DNA of 63,590 bases, the filler included, from Octopus bimaculoides (taxonomy: Eukaryota), in NCBI RefSeq assembly GCF_001194135.2. It is 5 parts of 4 records of this genome, joined end to end, with 100 filler letters (N's around TTAATTAATTAA, not from the genome) between each part and the next. Parts side by side here need not be neighbours in the genome. Positions count along the whole stretch, not along the records: positions 37,121 to 56,952 come from NC_068981.1; 4 more parts are not named here. One strand, 5' to 3'. Numbering within the stretch: position 1 is the stretch's first letter; each line of letters starts with the position of its first letter. The notes under the pieces are model-generated. The model worked only from the letters and a program-made list of their open reading frames with translations, was not told the DNA's origin and ran no database searches. Made by a program: the position numbers and the translations under genes. Of the stretch, positions 38,082-50,490 are shown piece after piece.

Positions 38082-38663
38082 CAGACTAAAACCATTGTAT
38101 AAAATAGCCAGAAATTAATGTAAATAAAGTACTTGAATGAATTGTTTAACTTGTAAATGGGTATGAAAAAGCAAAAGATATTCCCATAAGAAAAGAATCA
38201 GAGAAATATAGGAGAGAAAAGAATAGAAAATGAAAGACTCGTTAATCTCATGAACAATCAATCACAACATAATGTAAAGTAATGAAAATAATAGAAACAA
38301 TACAAGGACTACTCGAAACTATAACTGTATAAAAACCAACTACCCACTGTGTATTAATGGTGAGAATATAGTAAAATAAATGAGTTATCAGTTGCTCTAA
38401 AGATCAGCAATGAAAAAGAATATGAAAGGGATTTTTTTTTTTCTTTTTGTTCATTTGTTTTTATTTACATTTGAGTGATAATGAGGGAGGCAGAGCAGGA
38501 GGAAGAGAAGGGCACATTTATAACCACTTCAAGTTCATAGTGACTGAGCATTTAGGGCAGCTATGTGAGCTTATGATATATTCCTACCTTAAAAAGAAAG
38601 GATGTTGAATAATAATTATATCACTGTATAATATTCTTGCACATACCCCCCAAAAAAGACTAT

Positions 38664-39052
38664 GCGTGCAGGTGTGGCTATGTGGTAGGGAGTTTACTTC
38701 CCAACCATATGGCTCTAGGTTCAGCCCCACTGTGTGGCATCTTGGGTAAGTGTCTTCTACTCTAGCCTCAGGCTGACCAAAACCTTGTGAGTGGATTTGG
38801 TAGATGGAAACTGAAGGAAAACTGTCATGTGTGTGTATGTTAGTCCTCCACCACTGCTTGACAACTACTATTGGTGTGTTTATACCGCTGTAACTTAGCA
38901 GTTTGGTAAAAGAATTTGATAGAATAAGTACCAAGCTTAAAAGAAAAAATAAGTACTGGGGGTCGATTCATTCCACTAAAAATTCTTCAAGGCAGTGCCC
39001 CAGCATGGCTGCAGTCTAATGACTGAAATAAGTAAAAGATAAAAGATAAAAA
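38664..39052 (+). mobile_element. tRNA-derived SINE family C; fragments at 10334-10400, 40103-40265 and 35195-35282 (-)
   Basis: Head GCAGGTGTGGCTATGTGGTAGG..GGTTCAGCCCC, CORE-like CTTGGGTAAGTGTCTT and GGATTTGGTAGATGGAAACTGAA shared among the copies. Ends in AAGATAAAAGATAAAA. Confidence 0.75.
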
Positions 39053-40809
39053 ATATATAGTCATGTGTGGAATGTTTTTCATCCTAGTCTTAGGGCTGGT
39101 TACTTGGTTTCTATGGTGTAAAAATGACTGAGATCACAACATCCCCCTGAACAGGATACCAATCCATTGTACAATTTCTCATTTACAGCTTTGAGTAAAC
39201 TGGAACAATGTGAAATGAAGTATTTTGCTCAACACAATGTATTACCTGGTCTGAAAATTGAAACCATGATCTTGTGATCATGAGTGCAATATTCTAATCA
39301 CTAGGCCATCTACCTTCACACAGAAAAGAAGTAGGTAATGATTTAATGAGAGTAGAGGTGATCAAAAGAGAAATGTCTGGCTGTCTATATTCTAATATGT
39401 TACAGACTCTAAATGCCAGTTCTGCATAAAACCAAGTAAAGATGATCTAGTGAGGAAGTTGCTAAATCTATATCACATAATATTCTACCATCTTAAAGTA
39501 CTGAAGAACACATTGAATAATGATGTCCTAAATTACTGTTAAACTATCCTCCTCCCATCCCGCTTGGATAGTCATGACTGGAATGCCTTTGATCATAAGA
39601 GATGGATTGGACTTTAAATGCCTATCAACAATCAAATAAAAACAGTTGGCTTTCTAACTAATGGCTAGTATATCACCTTGATGATGGTAAAAGTTGTGGT
39701 TGTGATGTGGATTAAGGTGTCTCTGCAGGACATAGGCATTTATATTAAATCATAACTTACCAACTTGAAAAAGGAAGGCGGAGATGCTCACAGCTAAAAT
39801 GTTTTTGATGATAGATATGCTTGATCAAAGTGAATTTGGAACTACACAACAACAATGTTTGACACTATTTAGCAAACACTAGTATTAGACCTGTTGTGAT
39901 TTAGATGTATGCTACAAAAAAAAAAAAAAACATTTGTAAAGCAATATTCCTTGAAAACCAGTCTGACAACTGTTAGTGTTTGCTCTTAAGATTTATTGAT
40001 TGATATAGTAAAGCTTAAATGTTCTGGAAACTGCAGTCTTCAAAATTGAAACAACATATCTGTTAGTATATGTGGAATTGTGGGTTTAATTGCATCCTTA
40101 AAGGGGCAGGCATGGTTGTGTGTCTACGAATTTTGCTTCCTTGCCATATGATATCAGGTTCAGTCCCACTGTACAGTACCAGGGGCAAATATATTCTATT
40201 ATAGTCCTGGGCTGACTAAACCTTTGTTAGTGGAATTGGTTGACAAAAATCAAAAGAAGTCTGTCATATATATATATATATATATATACATACATACACA
40301 GTTATAAATAACGAGAGAAATATAGTGTAATAAAATTTATTTAACCATTGGAAATTCTTATATATCAACAATTGTTTTACAACTTAATAAAACATGCATG
40401 GATAATTTATTTTATTATATTTTATAATAAGTAAATTACTTACATGTCTGCATTAATATAAACAACCTTTAAACTAATGCAGATATTAAGCTAGCTCATC
40501 AGGTCAGAAGAAATCCATGTTAAAAAATAATCCCTCGACATAAAGTTTCAAGAACAGACGGTCAATATTTTAAAAAAGAATAAATTTATGCACTCCTTAT
40601 AGTGTTCTCTTGTATCATACTATATATTCTGTATGTTTTGTAGAATGATACATTAAGGAACTTTTTCGTGAGTACCACCAGATTAACTGAATCCATATAT
40701 TGTGGCTTAAATTCACACACTCACGTCTATATACACATGCACTCCTATTAATGTTTGTTTTATTATAGTTATATATAAAAACAAGCAAATATTTGATTAG
40801 TAAAACCTT

Positions 40810-41340
40810 TAAGTAGAGAATCATATTTTAGTTTGTAAGTTGAAGGTTGACAGTGACTTAGAAATTTCAACTTATTTACCTGTGTCAGACTGTAGAGTAC
40901 TTTTAGTTTTCCAGGAAAGGAAGGAGGAAGAGGAGCAAGAAAAGAACCAAACCAAATGCAAACGCAAATAAAGCAAGGAGATACACAACTCTTGAAAACT
41001 TTTCGAACACCAACACTAGCACACACAACACCAACACCAACCTCAAAAACAAACACACACAATGCTCACTGCCATGAATACGAAAAATACAGAGTTGATG
41101 GAATACATCAACAAAAAAACAAACCTAACACACGAAGGCATAATAACAAGCAATCACCCATACACAACACCACCAGAACACATTAAAATATTACACATCA
41201 CACCAACCCTGCACCACTAAAATCCATTTACTCCGATGCGGTTGGAATATGCCAGAAGTGCTCTTCCAAAAACTTTATAGTGATCTCCTCAAGGAAAAAC
41301 CGAAGGAGAAGACACAAAAACTTTCAAACTGTGAGTGACT
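40810..41340 (+). mobile_element. Possible LINE 5' region / ORF1 remnant
   Basis: A/C-rich, stop-poor frame (MEYINKKTNLTHEGII..TTPPEHIKILHITP) followed by ICQKCSSK, which resembles an eroded CCHC knuckle. It lies directly upstream of the Tx1/L1 endonuclease. Confidence 0.35.
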
Positions 41341-41385
41341 CTCTGTTCCTATCATTAGTGTTTAAACTTACACATCATTAGGATT

Positions 41386-41975
41386 ATGATCAAGATTGGT
41401 TGTGTGAATGCACGTGGTTTGGGGTCCCCTTGGAAACATGGGTACCTCTTAAACGACATAAAGTCACATGAATTAGAAATCATAGCCATAAGTGAGACCA
41501 GACTCCATAATCCACAGGCCCCAAAGTCCATATTTGGCCGACAGTTTAACATTTATTTTTTTCCCTTTCTGCTGAGTATGGGTGGTAGTGGCACGGTGGT
41601 ACTTTTTCACAAGAGTCTGGATCTCAAAGTAAAGACAATATTTGTAGACCCAGAGGGTAGATTGGTTGTCCTGGATGTCGATGGCAGCAATGGGTGTGCT
41701 TTTCGACTCGTATCAGTTTACACACCTCCTTTAACAGGTCAGCTGGATTTCTTTCAACATCTAGAAGTATTCCTAGGAACGTCTCGTCCTTTACGCTGGA
41801 GTGATGGTCCAGTCGAGTTGCTCAGGGTCTGGTTTGGTCCAGACCTCCAAACAGAGAAGAACTGGAACGAGATAATGAGTAGGGTGGCCACTCTCACCTG
41901 GCAATGGGCCGAGAGGAAGCTGTCCCTAAAAGGCTGAGCAGAGGTGGCAAACATGTACATCACATCCGTCATCAA
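41386..41975 (+). mobile_element. Tx1/L1-type ORF2 remnant: APE endonuclease N-half fused to post-RT sequence
   Basis: MIKIGCVNARGL, IIAISET, DPEGRLVVLDV, LVSVYTP are endonuclease motifs. These run directly into GPVELLRVWFGPDLQTEKNW..RKLSLKG, which resembles the thumb/post-RT region. No RT core is present. Confidence 0.8.
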
Positions 41976-42313
41976 AGTTTCAAAAGTGTTAGTTTTATGA
42001 TCTAAGTAAATACTTTTAATGACTGTATTCAGAAATTTATAGGTGTTTATCTGTGTACATACATTCATATATACTGAGAGACAGACAGATAAAACTGTTG
42101 TCATATTTGTAAAAATGCATCATTGTATATGTGTATATGCATGTATCATTATATATAGAGAGACAAAGAGGGAGGTAGGGGAGACAGAGAGAGAGAGAGA
42201 GTGACTGGACAGAAACAAAGAATGGGAGATTAATATTCTTTCTTTTCGTGTTGTAATAAACTACTTCTTTTAAATGATCTATCTTTATGTATGCATGTAC
42301 GTACGTATGTGTG

Positions 42314-42356
<43 letters not shown>

Positions 42357-42358
<2 letters not shown>

Positions 42359-42612
42359 AAAAAAATGTCAAGGTAGAAAATGCTAAAATAATTTTATAAA
42401 AAGCATTTCAGTACTGGCTTCGGTCATTGAGACTTTTTCATCTGTCAGTATGGAAAACAATTAAATTTTGGAAAAATTAAATTAAAAGTTTTTTAAAAGA
42501 ATATTTGCATAGTATTCAAATACAAGGGGCATTTTCCTTGTATTTTCTGAAACTGATACTGAAATGCTTTTTATAAAATTATTTTAGCATTTTCTACCTT
42601 GACTTTTTTTCC
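42357..42612. repeat. Long hairpin element within (TA)n, probably a Penelope pseudo-LTR remnant with an inverted copy
   Basis: Near-perfect ~56-bp inverted arms (42357-42413 / 42557-42612). The interior has a degenerate hammerhead-like string on the minus strand (CAGATGA..GTC-TCAAT-GAC-C-GAAG-CCAGTA). Confidence 0.6.
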
Positions 42613-42865
42613 ATATATATATCAACTCGTGTGTTCCTTTTCAACCTTCTACATATATATATATAAAATTAATATAGACAGCCATGTGCCATGTGTTACT
42701 AAAAAGAAAAACTATAAATGTCATTGAATATGACTAGGGTGTTAGAACACCTACATTGCTAGAAATAAGAGCTAAAAAGCTCTAATGCTGTAGTTAAAGC
42801 ACATAATTATATAAATATGTACTGACAGAGACTGTAGTTGCCTGAAAACACCAGTAAAGAAATTC

Positions 42866-42915
42866 CTTATACTGATAAGTCAGTTTTGGCAAATTTTGTA
42901 GCCTCATCAGTATGG
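42866..42915 (-). ncRNA. Type I hammerhead motif, G12-to-A mutant (probably inactive)
   Basis: CCAUA-CUGAUGA-GGC(UACAAAAUUU)GCC-AAAA-CUGA(CUUA)UCAGUA-UAAGG. Perfect 5-bp helix III, GUA triplet, 3-bp helix II, helix I 4/5 paired. G12 is replaced at 42887. Confidence 0.65.
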
Positions 42916-43031
42916 ACCACTTGATTCAGCTGATTCTAGGCTTAATTTTCTGTCAGTACATATGTATTCATCATAAAAATCTATGGATGATTTAGTGAAT
43001 TGCTAATATATATACAAAAAATTAATATATG

Positions 43032-43080
<49 letters not shown>

Positions 43081-43292
43081 TTCATCATTTAACATCTATG
43101 TTACCCTGTTTGCAAGGATCAAACGGAATTGGTTGCTGTAGATTTTCTACATCTGGATGCTCATCCTGTGTGCTTCACAAATATGTGTGTATATGTATAT
43201 GTGCATGTATATGTATATGTGTATTTTTATGTTTACCAATGTGTGAATATATATATATTTATATATCATATTTATGTATATGCATATGTACA

Positions 43293-43338
<46 letters not shown>

Positions 43339-43342
<4 letters not shown>

Positions 43343-43555
43343 TAGGTGTTGAAAAATTCCTGGCTTTGGGTAAAAGAAAATACAGGAGGATCAGTTAATT
43401 ATGATTTTGTCCAACATATTCCCCTCTCAGATTCACACACTTATTGATGTAGTCCTTCTGTTTTTCTAAGCCCTGTAGAAGAACTGAGAAGATTGGACCA
43501 CCAGCCAGACCTTTCACAATACCTTCAAAGCCAGGAACTTTTCAGCACCTCCTCA
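43339..43555. mobile_element. Mariner-derived MITE
   Basis: TIRs TGAGTAGGTGTTGAAAAATTCCTGGCTTTG versus reverse complement TGAGGAGGTGCTGAAAAGTTCCTGGCTTTG. TA on both flanks, inserted in a (TA)n tract. Confidence 0.85.
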
Positions 43556-43953
43556 TATATGTGTGTTTTTATATATGTGCATGTATTTGTATTCATATAT
43601 GTGTATGTATGTGTATGCGTATATATTTATACGAGTGCATGCATATGTAGATACACACATGCACACACACACACACACACACTTGCACACACATCTACTT
43701 TTGTATTTATATCCAGTTGTACATTCTCTCTAGTGTAGTAGTATCCCTGCCTGACATCCAGAAAAACATGGTTTGGTTCCCCATGAGAGATAAATGGAAC
43801 ATGTCCCATTGCAAGCAAATATTCCTATATGTCTTTTACTATGAAGGTAAATCCCAGACTGGAGAATGGTGCAGAATGACTAATCAGGGAACTACTTTTT
43901 TTTATTCTTGATTGAAAACCTGTGTTGGGGTTGGAAAGAATAACATGAGAACC

Positions 43954-43990
<37 letters not shown>

Positions 43991-44269
43991 GCACATGCGG
44001 TGTAGAAATACTTGTGCTTTTGTCTGAATCAGAAATAAAACTCTACAATCGAGTCTCTGCTGCCTTGTTATCATTTCATTGGGGAAAGTTAGACCTGCTG
44101 CTGAAATTGTTGTGTCCTCTTGCTCTTACTCATCACAAGACTTTTAACTATGGATACGTTGGGAGTGGCATACGTATTGCATAAGCATATGTTGCTGTAA
44201 TCCAGAGATATACAGATGACTCATCGCCTAATAGTTATCACCTGACAAGATGATGCAAACCTCAACTAA

Positions 44270-44271
44270 TA

Positions 44272-44311
<40 letters not shown>

Positions 44312-44383
44312 CATACTAGTACACATATATATACATATACATGTAAATATATTTGTCTATCTAATTATCTCTCTATCTATCTA

Positions 44384-44459
<76 letters not shown>

Positions 44460-44787
44460 TATATATACATGTAAATATACATATATATATAAATATATCA
44501 ATATATATATAAATAAATAAATAAATATATATATATATATATATTATAAACACACATATATATACATATCAATATATATATAACCACACACACATATACA
44601 TACATGTAAATATATATATATAAATAAATATATTTATATATATAAATATATATAAATATATTTATATATATATATAAAAATAAATATATTATATGTATAC
44701 ACACATATATACATGTAAATTATCTATATATATATATTAATATATATGTATTAATAAATATGTATATATAAATATATATATTAATAA

Positions 44788-44854
<67 letters not shown>

Positions 44855-44930
44855 TGTATATATATACAAATATATATACACACACACACGCTCACATGTA
44901 AATATACGTATATAAGAATATATTTATATA
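44270..44930. repeat. (TA)-rich compound microsatellite
   Basis: Directly visible. Confidence 0.96.
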
Positions 44931-44934
44931 GGAG

Positions 44935-46440
44935 AGGTTGTGTGGTCAAACTAGCTTCACCTATGTAATCTCCATCACACCCACCACTTTTGAGGACATA
45001 GATTAAATTCTTTGCTGCATAGTTGAAGTGATTTTTTTTATGGTGAAAGTTTGACCTGACTTAAATTGATATGTTGAGCCATCTAAGAGGGAGATGCAAG
45101 TCCAACAGTTACAGCAGTTGCATTTTTTGAATAGTGGGGTTGTATTTTTGGTGGATAATTTGACACTGGTGAGTAACCCTTTTAGGGATTGCAGTTGCCT
45201 CTTGCTTTTAATAATCCTATGTGTTTCCAGTGCTTTTTTCACTCACAGGTTGTTCATAAGGAGGGGTATATTTTGGTGGATGATGGTGTATGCTTCCATG
45301 TTTCTTGGAATGTGTGTTGATACGTAAGACAATGTTTTATGTGTGTTATGGGGTTTTCTTGTTTTCTGTAATTCTTGAATGTCTATCGTTTTTGCATGTT
45401 CAGTTACGTTTTTGATTAAACTAGCCAGGTATTTTCTTTCTAGTAATGTATTTTTAAGTTCCTGAAGTTGTTTATCTTGGGTTTTGGGATTTGATGCAAT
45501 CATGCAAATTCTTCTTGCCAAGTTGAACGATATATTGATTTTAGTATGTTTTGGGTGGCAGGAAGAGAATAGAAGATATTGTTTTGAGTCCGTTGGTTTG
45601 AAGTAGATATCAGTTTCAATTTCAGTATCTCTTTTTATGATTAAGATGTCCAGGAAGGGGAGCTGTTTGTGGCTGTATTCCATTGTAAATTGGATACTGT
45701 GGTTAATGCTTTTGATTAAGTTTTTAAGTTCTAAGAGTTGCTCAAGGTTATGTAATCACAGTCATCTAGGTAGTGTTTCCAGTTGGCAAGTAAGTATTTT
45801 TGGAAGTTGTCTCCAAATTTCAGTATAGTGTATATTTGGACTTTCAAGTATGCCTTGACAAGGTTAGCAAAAGTAGAGGCTACCCTTGTTCCCATCGCCG
45901 TGCTCGACTTTTGTTTGTAGGTGTTCTCATTGGAGTTGAAGAAGTTGTTCTGTAGAATGAATTTTATTCCTTCAATAATAAATCCTTTTCAAATTTGGTC
46001 AGGAATGTCATTTGAGAACTTTTCAAGCCAGAATTGTATGGCTTCTATTCTGTATTTGTGAGGAATCAAAGCGTAGAAGTTTATTACATCAAATGAAACC
46101 AGAAGGGAGTCCTTGCTGATTTTATTCAGGAGATGGTTTTAAAAAGTCCAGATCATCCCAATAAAGTTACTGAGTCTGTGTGTCTCACATGAGGAAACAG
46201 CTACAATTGGTCTCATTTTGAGATCTCTTGGATGCAGAATGTTTATGACTAAAGAAGTTGATTTGTACAGGCTTTGTTTATGGCTTGGAAGCCCATAACA
46301 GTTGCTGGTTTTGCAGTTAAATCTAGTTAAGTAATCTCTCTCCTTTTCTGTTAAATCTTGTTTGAACTGATGGATAAGAATAGTAAGCTTTGCCATTATC
46401 TTGGAATGACTGCAGTTGTTGATTTTTTTTCATCAAAAAT
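44935..46440 (-). mobile_element. Penelope-like element: decayed RT, thumb, linker and start of GIY-YIG endonuclease
   Basis: Minus-strand fragments: CYGLP..KMRPIVA, LLVSFDV, AMGTRVASTFANL, LPFLDILI..DIYFKPTDSKQYL.FSSCHP.H, KKCNCCNCWTC, NLIYVLK..DYIGE. Multiple stops and frameshifts. Confidence 0.92.
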
Positions 46441-46604
46441 GTGTCCATGGGTTAAATTCAGTAAGCAGATACTTTAAAACTTCAACACTTGTGAATACCT
46501 GAAAACCACTTCCTAAATGATTTCTTACCAAACCTAAACTGAATGAATAACAACGTAACAAACAAACACACACACACACACACACACACACGCACGCATG
46601 CACG

Positions 46605-46687
<83 letters not shown>

Positions 46688-46791
46688 TTGCATTTATATT
46701 TAGTTATAATAAAAACAATTTTACATTAATCAGAGGGGTTACTCTATACTTTTATAAAGTACAAGTTTATTCTTCAACAAGACTATTGTGG

Positions 46792-46836
46792 ACAACGACT
46801 TTGAAGTTTCAGCTAGTTAAGCCATCATCAGACTGT
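46792..46836 (-). ncRNA. Type I hammerhead ribozyme motif with intact catalytic core
   Basis: Minus strand reads ACAGU-CUGAUGA-U-GGCU(UAACU)AGCU-GAAA-CUUCAAAGUC-GUUGU. Helices I, II and III can all form, using G-U pairs. GUC cleavage triplet at 46799-46797. One extra U follows A9. Activity is untested. Confidence 0.7.
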
Positions 46837-47297
46837 GATGCATTAGAGTTAATCTTGGTTTTATATAGTCTCAATGACAACAACAAGTAAAGAAACTGAC
46901 CAACTAAAACATTATGTGTTTACATTCTTTTGTGAACCCCTAAAAATTCCATTACCAAAAAGTTTATACACCCAGGATTTAAATACTGGTCTTTGTACCT
47001 TTGACCATTACATTGTCAAAACCAAGAATTAAATCCAATAAAACCAAAAATAACTAAACTACTAATACATTTTGTGCCCACCTAATAAAGAGACACATCT
47101 AAACACACACTTGCTTACAATGCTCTACACACATTAATAAATTCTAAATAATACCATCACCCTAAATTTAATCAATAAAAATTTCCCCACAACAATCCAC
47201 CCTAAAGCCTAATTACCATCTCACTCAAAGCCACATGCACCAGGAAGATTTTAATGCAACAGAGACTATATAAAATCAAGATTAATTTTAATGCATT

Positions 47298-47342
47298 GTA
47301 GTCTGATGATGGCTTAACTGGCCAAAACTTCAAAGTCACTGT
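47298..47342 (+). ncRNA. Hammerhead motif, inverted copy, G12-to-A mutant (probably inactive)
   Basis: GUAGU-CUGAUGA-U-GGCU(UAACU)GGCC-AAAA-CUUCAAAGUC-ACUGU. Position 47324 is A where G12 is required. Confidence 0.65.
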
Positions 47343-47769
47343 GTAAAATATTCTTATACATATGTTATATATATTCTTATATATATGGTTAGGAAGCTTG
47401 CTTCCTAACCATATGATCATGGGTTGTTTATTTCCTATCTTTGGTGTAAAACATGTCTTAGAAACATTGCTTGGGAATTGGGTAAGAGTTGGCAACAAGA
47501 GAGATATCCAGACATAAAAAAAAATTGCTTCAACAAATTTTGTATGACCCATGCAGACATGGAAAATGAGATGTTAAATTATATATATGTATGTATGTAC
47601 ATAATATTTTTCTAAGTCATCCCATATTCTTTCCTTACAAATTTAGCAATAAAATAAAATAAACTTTTGCATACACATACAGAACTTGCATTCATACATA
47701 TGCTAATACATACATTTAATAGTATATTTGTGGATATATACATGTACATACTTACACACACGCACGCAC

Positions 47770-47817
<48 letters not shown>

Positions 47818-48567
47818 TTTGAAGACTGAGTTGTTTGCACAGTTTCCCCCCTTTACTTCCAAAACAATATAGCATACCATTAATTTTCTCTTACCCAAAA
47901 CCATCATTTCAAAATGTAACTTATATGGCTGACATTCCTGAAAAAAGTTCACGGCTATGGCCAGCCACTAGATGAAACTGAAATAAACTGTCACATTTGA
48001 TATAATGAGCGTATATCACCACTCTTCTCCATTTCTCCTTGATATCACCAGACTATATATAGGCATTTATACTCAGATATCAACAGTTCACACTATATAA
48101 TTAACCTCTGTATGTTAGCATGTACAATATGGTCCGTCTATAGGCAGAGCCATGATATATGTGGAACAGTAGATCTGTTAGTCTCACCTATTTGTTCAAC
48201 TGAATGATTATCTATGTGTCATGGGTCTGCTCAGTCGTAACACTACACAAGAACAAAACGACGTAAATTAGATAACTCATAAAGGAACATCACACTGTAC
48301 CTTGAGTCAAACAATTGTATCTATTTCTCAATGACATTAACCATGTTATCTTTAGAGAAGCAAACTATCAGTTTTAATAGCAAGAGCAGAATAAATGAAT
48401 AATAAATAAAGGTGGAGAAAATAACTACAGCATTGTTGCAATATTTTATGTCATGCAATTCAAAAGATGGTTATAAATGTTCATTACAGTTTAATGTGAT
48501 GCAAATGATGATGGTGCAGTAAATGCTATTATCTCCATGAAGAATAACATCACCATCATCCACATGA

Positions 48568-48569
<2 letters not shown>

Positions 48570-48611
<42 letters not shown>

Positions 48612-48861
48612 TTATTATTATCAGTCCTTTCACTCCATTTGCTTTCTTCTTCTTCTTCTTCTTCTTCTTCTTCTTCTTCTTCTTCTTCTTCTTCTTCTTC
48701 TTCTTCTTCTTCTTCTTCTTCTTCTTCTTCTTCTTCTTCTTCTTCTTCTNNNNNNNNNNNNNNNNNNNNNNNNNNNNNNGGCATTTATTACTATTTTAGT
48801 TTTAAAAGTCTTACTTCAGCTGCAATATTTTGAGGGTTTTTTTGTCTTCTTCTTCTTCTTC

Positions 48862-48892
<31 letters not shown>

Positions 48893-49839
48893 CATTATTA
48901 TTATTGAGTGAGAGAGCAGTGCATGCCATTCAAGTGACACTGGAGTGCAAATATACAAAGCGCAGTATACCCATCATGACTACCTGTCTGATAAGGGTAC
49001 ACCAGGCACATGCATCACAACCATATGTGCGCAACATGGTGATCTCATCTCAAGATAGACAGTGCATGATCTTTCATGTGGCGTCCAGTTGGAATTTTCT
49101 TCAGGTCAAGTAACCCATCCCACTCAAAAAGTCCCTAAATAAGGTTTGTTTAAGGATGATGAACAAAACACCCATGTTTCCAGTGGTAAATTATTCAAAC
49201 CCCAAAGAATTCCTCTCAACACATGGCTATGATGTTCCCCCACTACTTCTGCTTGTGATCAGAGATGTACATATCATCAGCCACTAAGGGATATGCTCAA
49301 CTGGTTAAGGTCAAACAACTGTGTAGTGTTTACATATTTTCCAATATAAATACTGTCCTACCCTATTGTGACAATTTTTGTATTCATTTGGCGTCAGCAC
49401 AAGACATCCTGAGACAAGATGGTCTATTGTTTCATCAAATTTATCGCAGAATCTGCATTTAGGGTCAGAACCATTTTGAAGAACATTAGCCTAGTAGTTT
49501 TTGGTCAGCAAGCTTTGATCTTGTGCAGCTGATATGAAACCTTCAATCTCAGCTACTTATGGGTTGCTGTTTGGTCTACATCAGCATTTCAGCTTCGGAG
49601 TATATACTGTCCATGCAGAGGCTTCTGGCTCCATCATTCTTCAATTGGTTTCTGCCTATTCTTTTTTGCAGTCTGTTTGATCTATTTTGCTTTTTTTGTG
49701 ACAGTGTTTTCGGGTGCTTCATCAAATTCAGGGTTAATGCGAAGTTCCCTTGCAAATTTGCAAGCTTCATTGACAACAGAATGTGATTTATTTGCCGCTT
49801 TCATGTTTGCACACAAGCCGCAGCATCCAGTCTTCTGTT

Positions 49840-49893
<54 letters not shown>

Positions 49894-49950
49894 TTATCAT
49901 TATTATTATTATTAATCTTATTATTATTATCATCATTATTATTATTATTA

Positions 49951-50007
<57 letters not shown>
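48570..50007. repeat. Stacked trinucleotide tracts: (TTA)n, (TTC)n 48644-48749, (TAG)n(TAT)n 49840-50007
   Basis: Directly visible; interleaved with retroelement fragments. Confidence 0.95.
49320..49835 (-). mobile_element. R4/Dong-like (RLE-type) non-LTR fragment
   Basis: WSQKPLHGQY..ADVDQTATHK and the following zinc-knuckle region, frameshifted. It overlaps in sequence with the 55160-55800 copy. Confidence 0.75.
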
Positions 50008-50008
<1 letters not shown>

Positions 50009-50226
50009 GGTGGTTAGCTGGCAGAATTGTTAGCATGCTGGGTGAAATGCTTAGTGGTAGTTCATCAGTTTTCACATTCTGGGTTCAAATTCCACCAAGG
50101 TTGACTTTACCTTTCATTCTTTCAGGGTTGCCAAATTAAGTACCAGTGAATCACTAGGGTTGATTGATGTACTCAACTAGTCCCCTCCCCCAACATTTCA
50201 GGCCTTTTGCCTTTAGTAGAAAGGAC

Positions 50227-50275
<49 letters not shown>

Positions 50276-50490
50276 TAAGGTGGTGAGTCAGCAGAATTGT
50301 TACCACATTGGGCAAAATGATTAACAGCATTTTTTCTAGCTTTTTATGATCTGAGTTCAAATGTCAATAAGGCTGACGTTGCCTTTCATCCTTTCAGGAT
50401 CAATAAAATGAGTACCAGTTGAGTCCTGGGGTTGACGTAATCGATTCACCCATTGCTCCCTCCAAATCAGGTCCTGTGCCTATAGTAGTT
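50007..50490 (+). mobile_element. Two SINE family A copies; others at 36036-36240, 55985-56135 and 56165-56378 (all +)
   Basis: Same head, B-box and core, flanked by (TTA)n tracts. Confidence 0.85.

Larger units (their letters stand above)
46740..47345. mobile_element. Penelope pseudo-LTR region with inverted partial copy, upstream of the RT
   Basis: 76-bp inverted arms (46797-46872 / 47262-47337) around a C/A-rich spacer. Each arm holds a hammerhead motif. An AATAAA follows the minus-strand motif at about 46765-46770. Confidence 0.65.
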
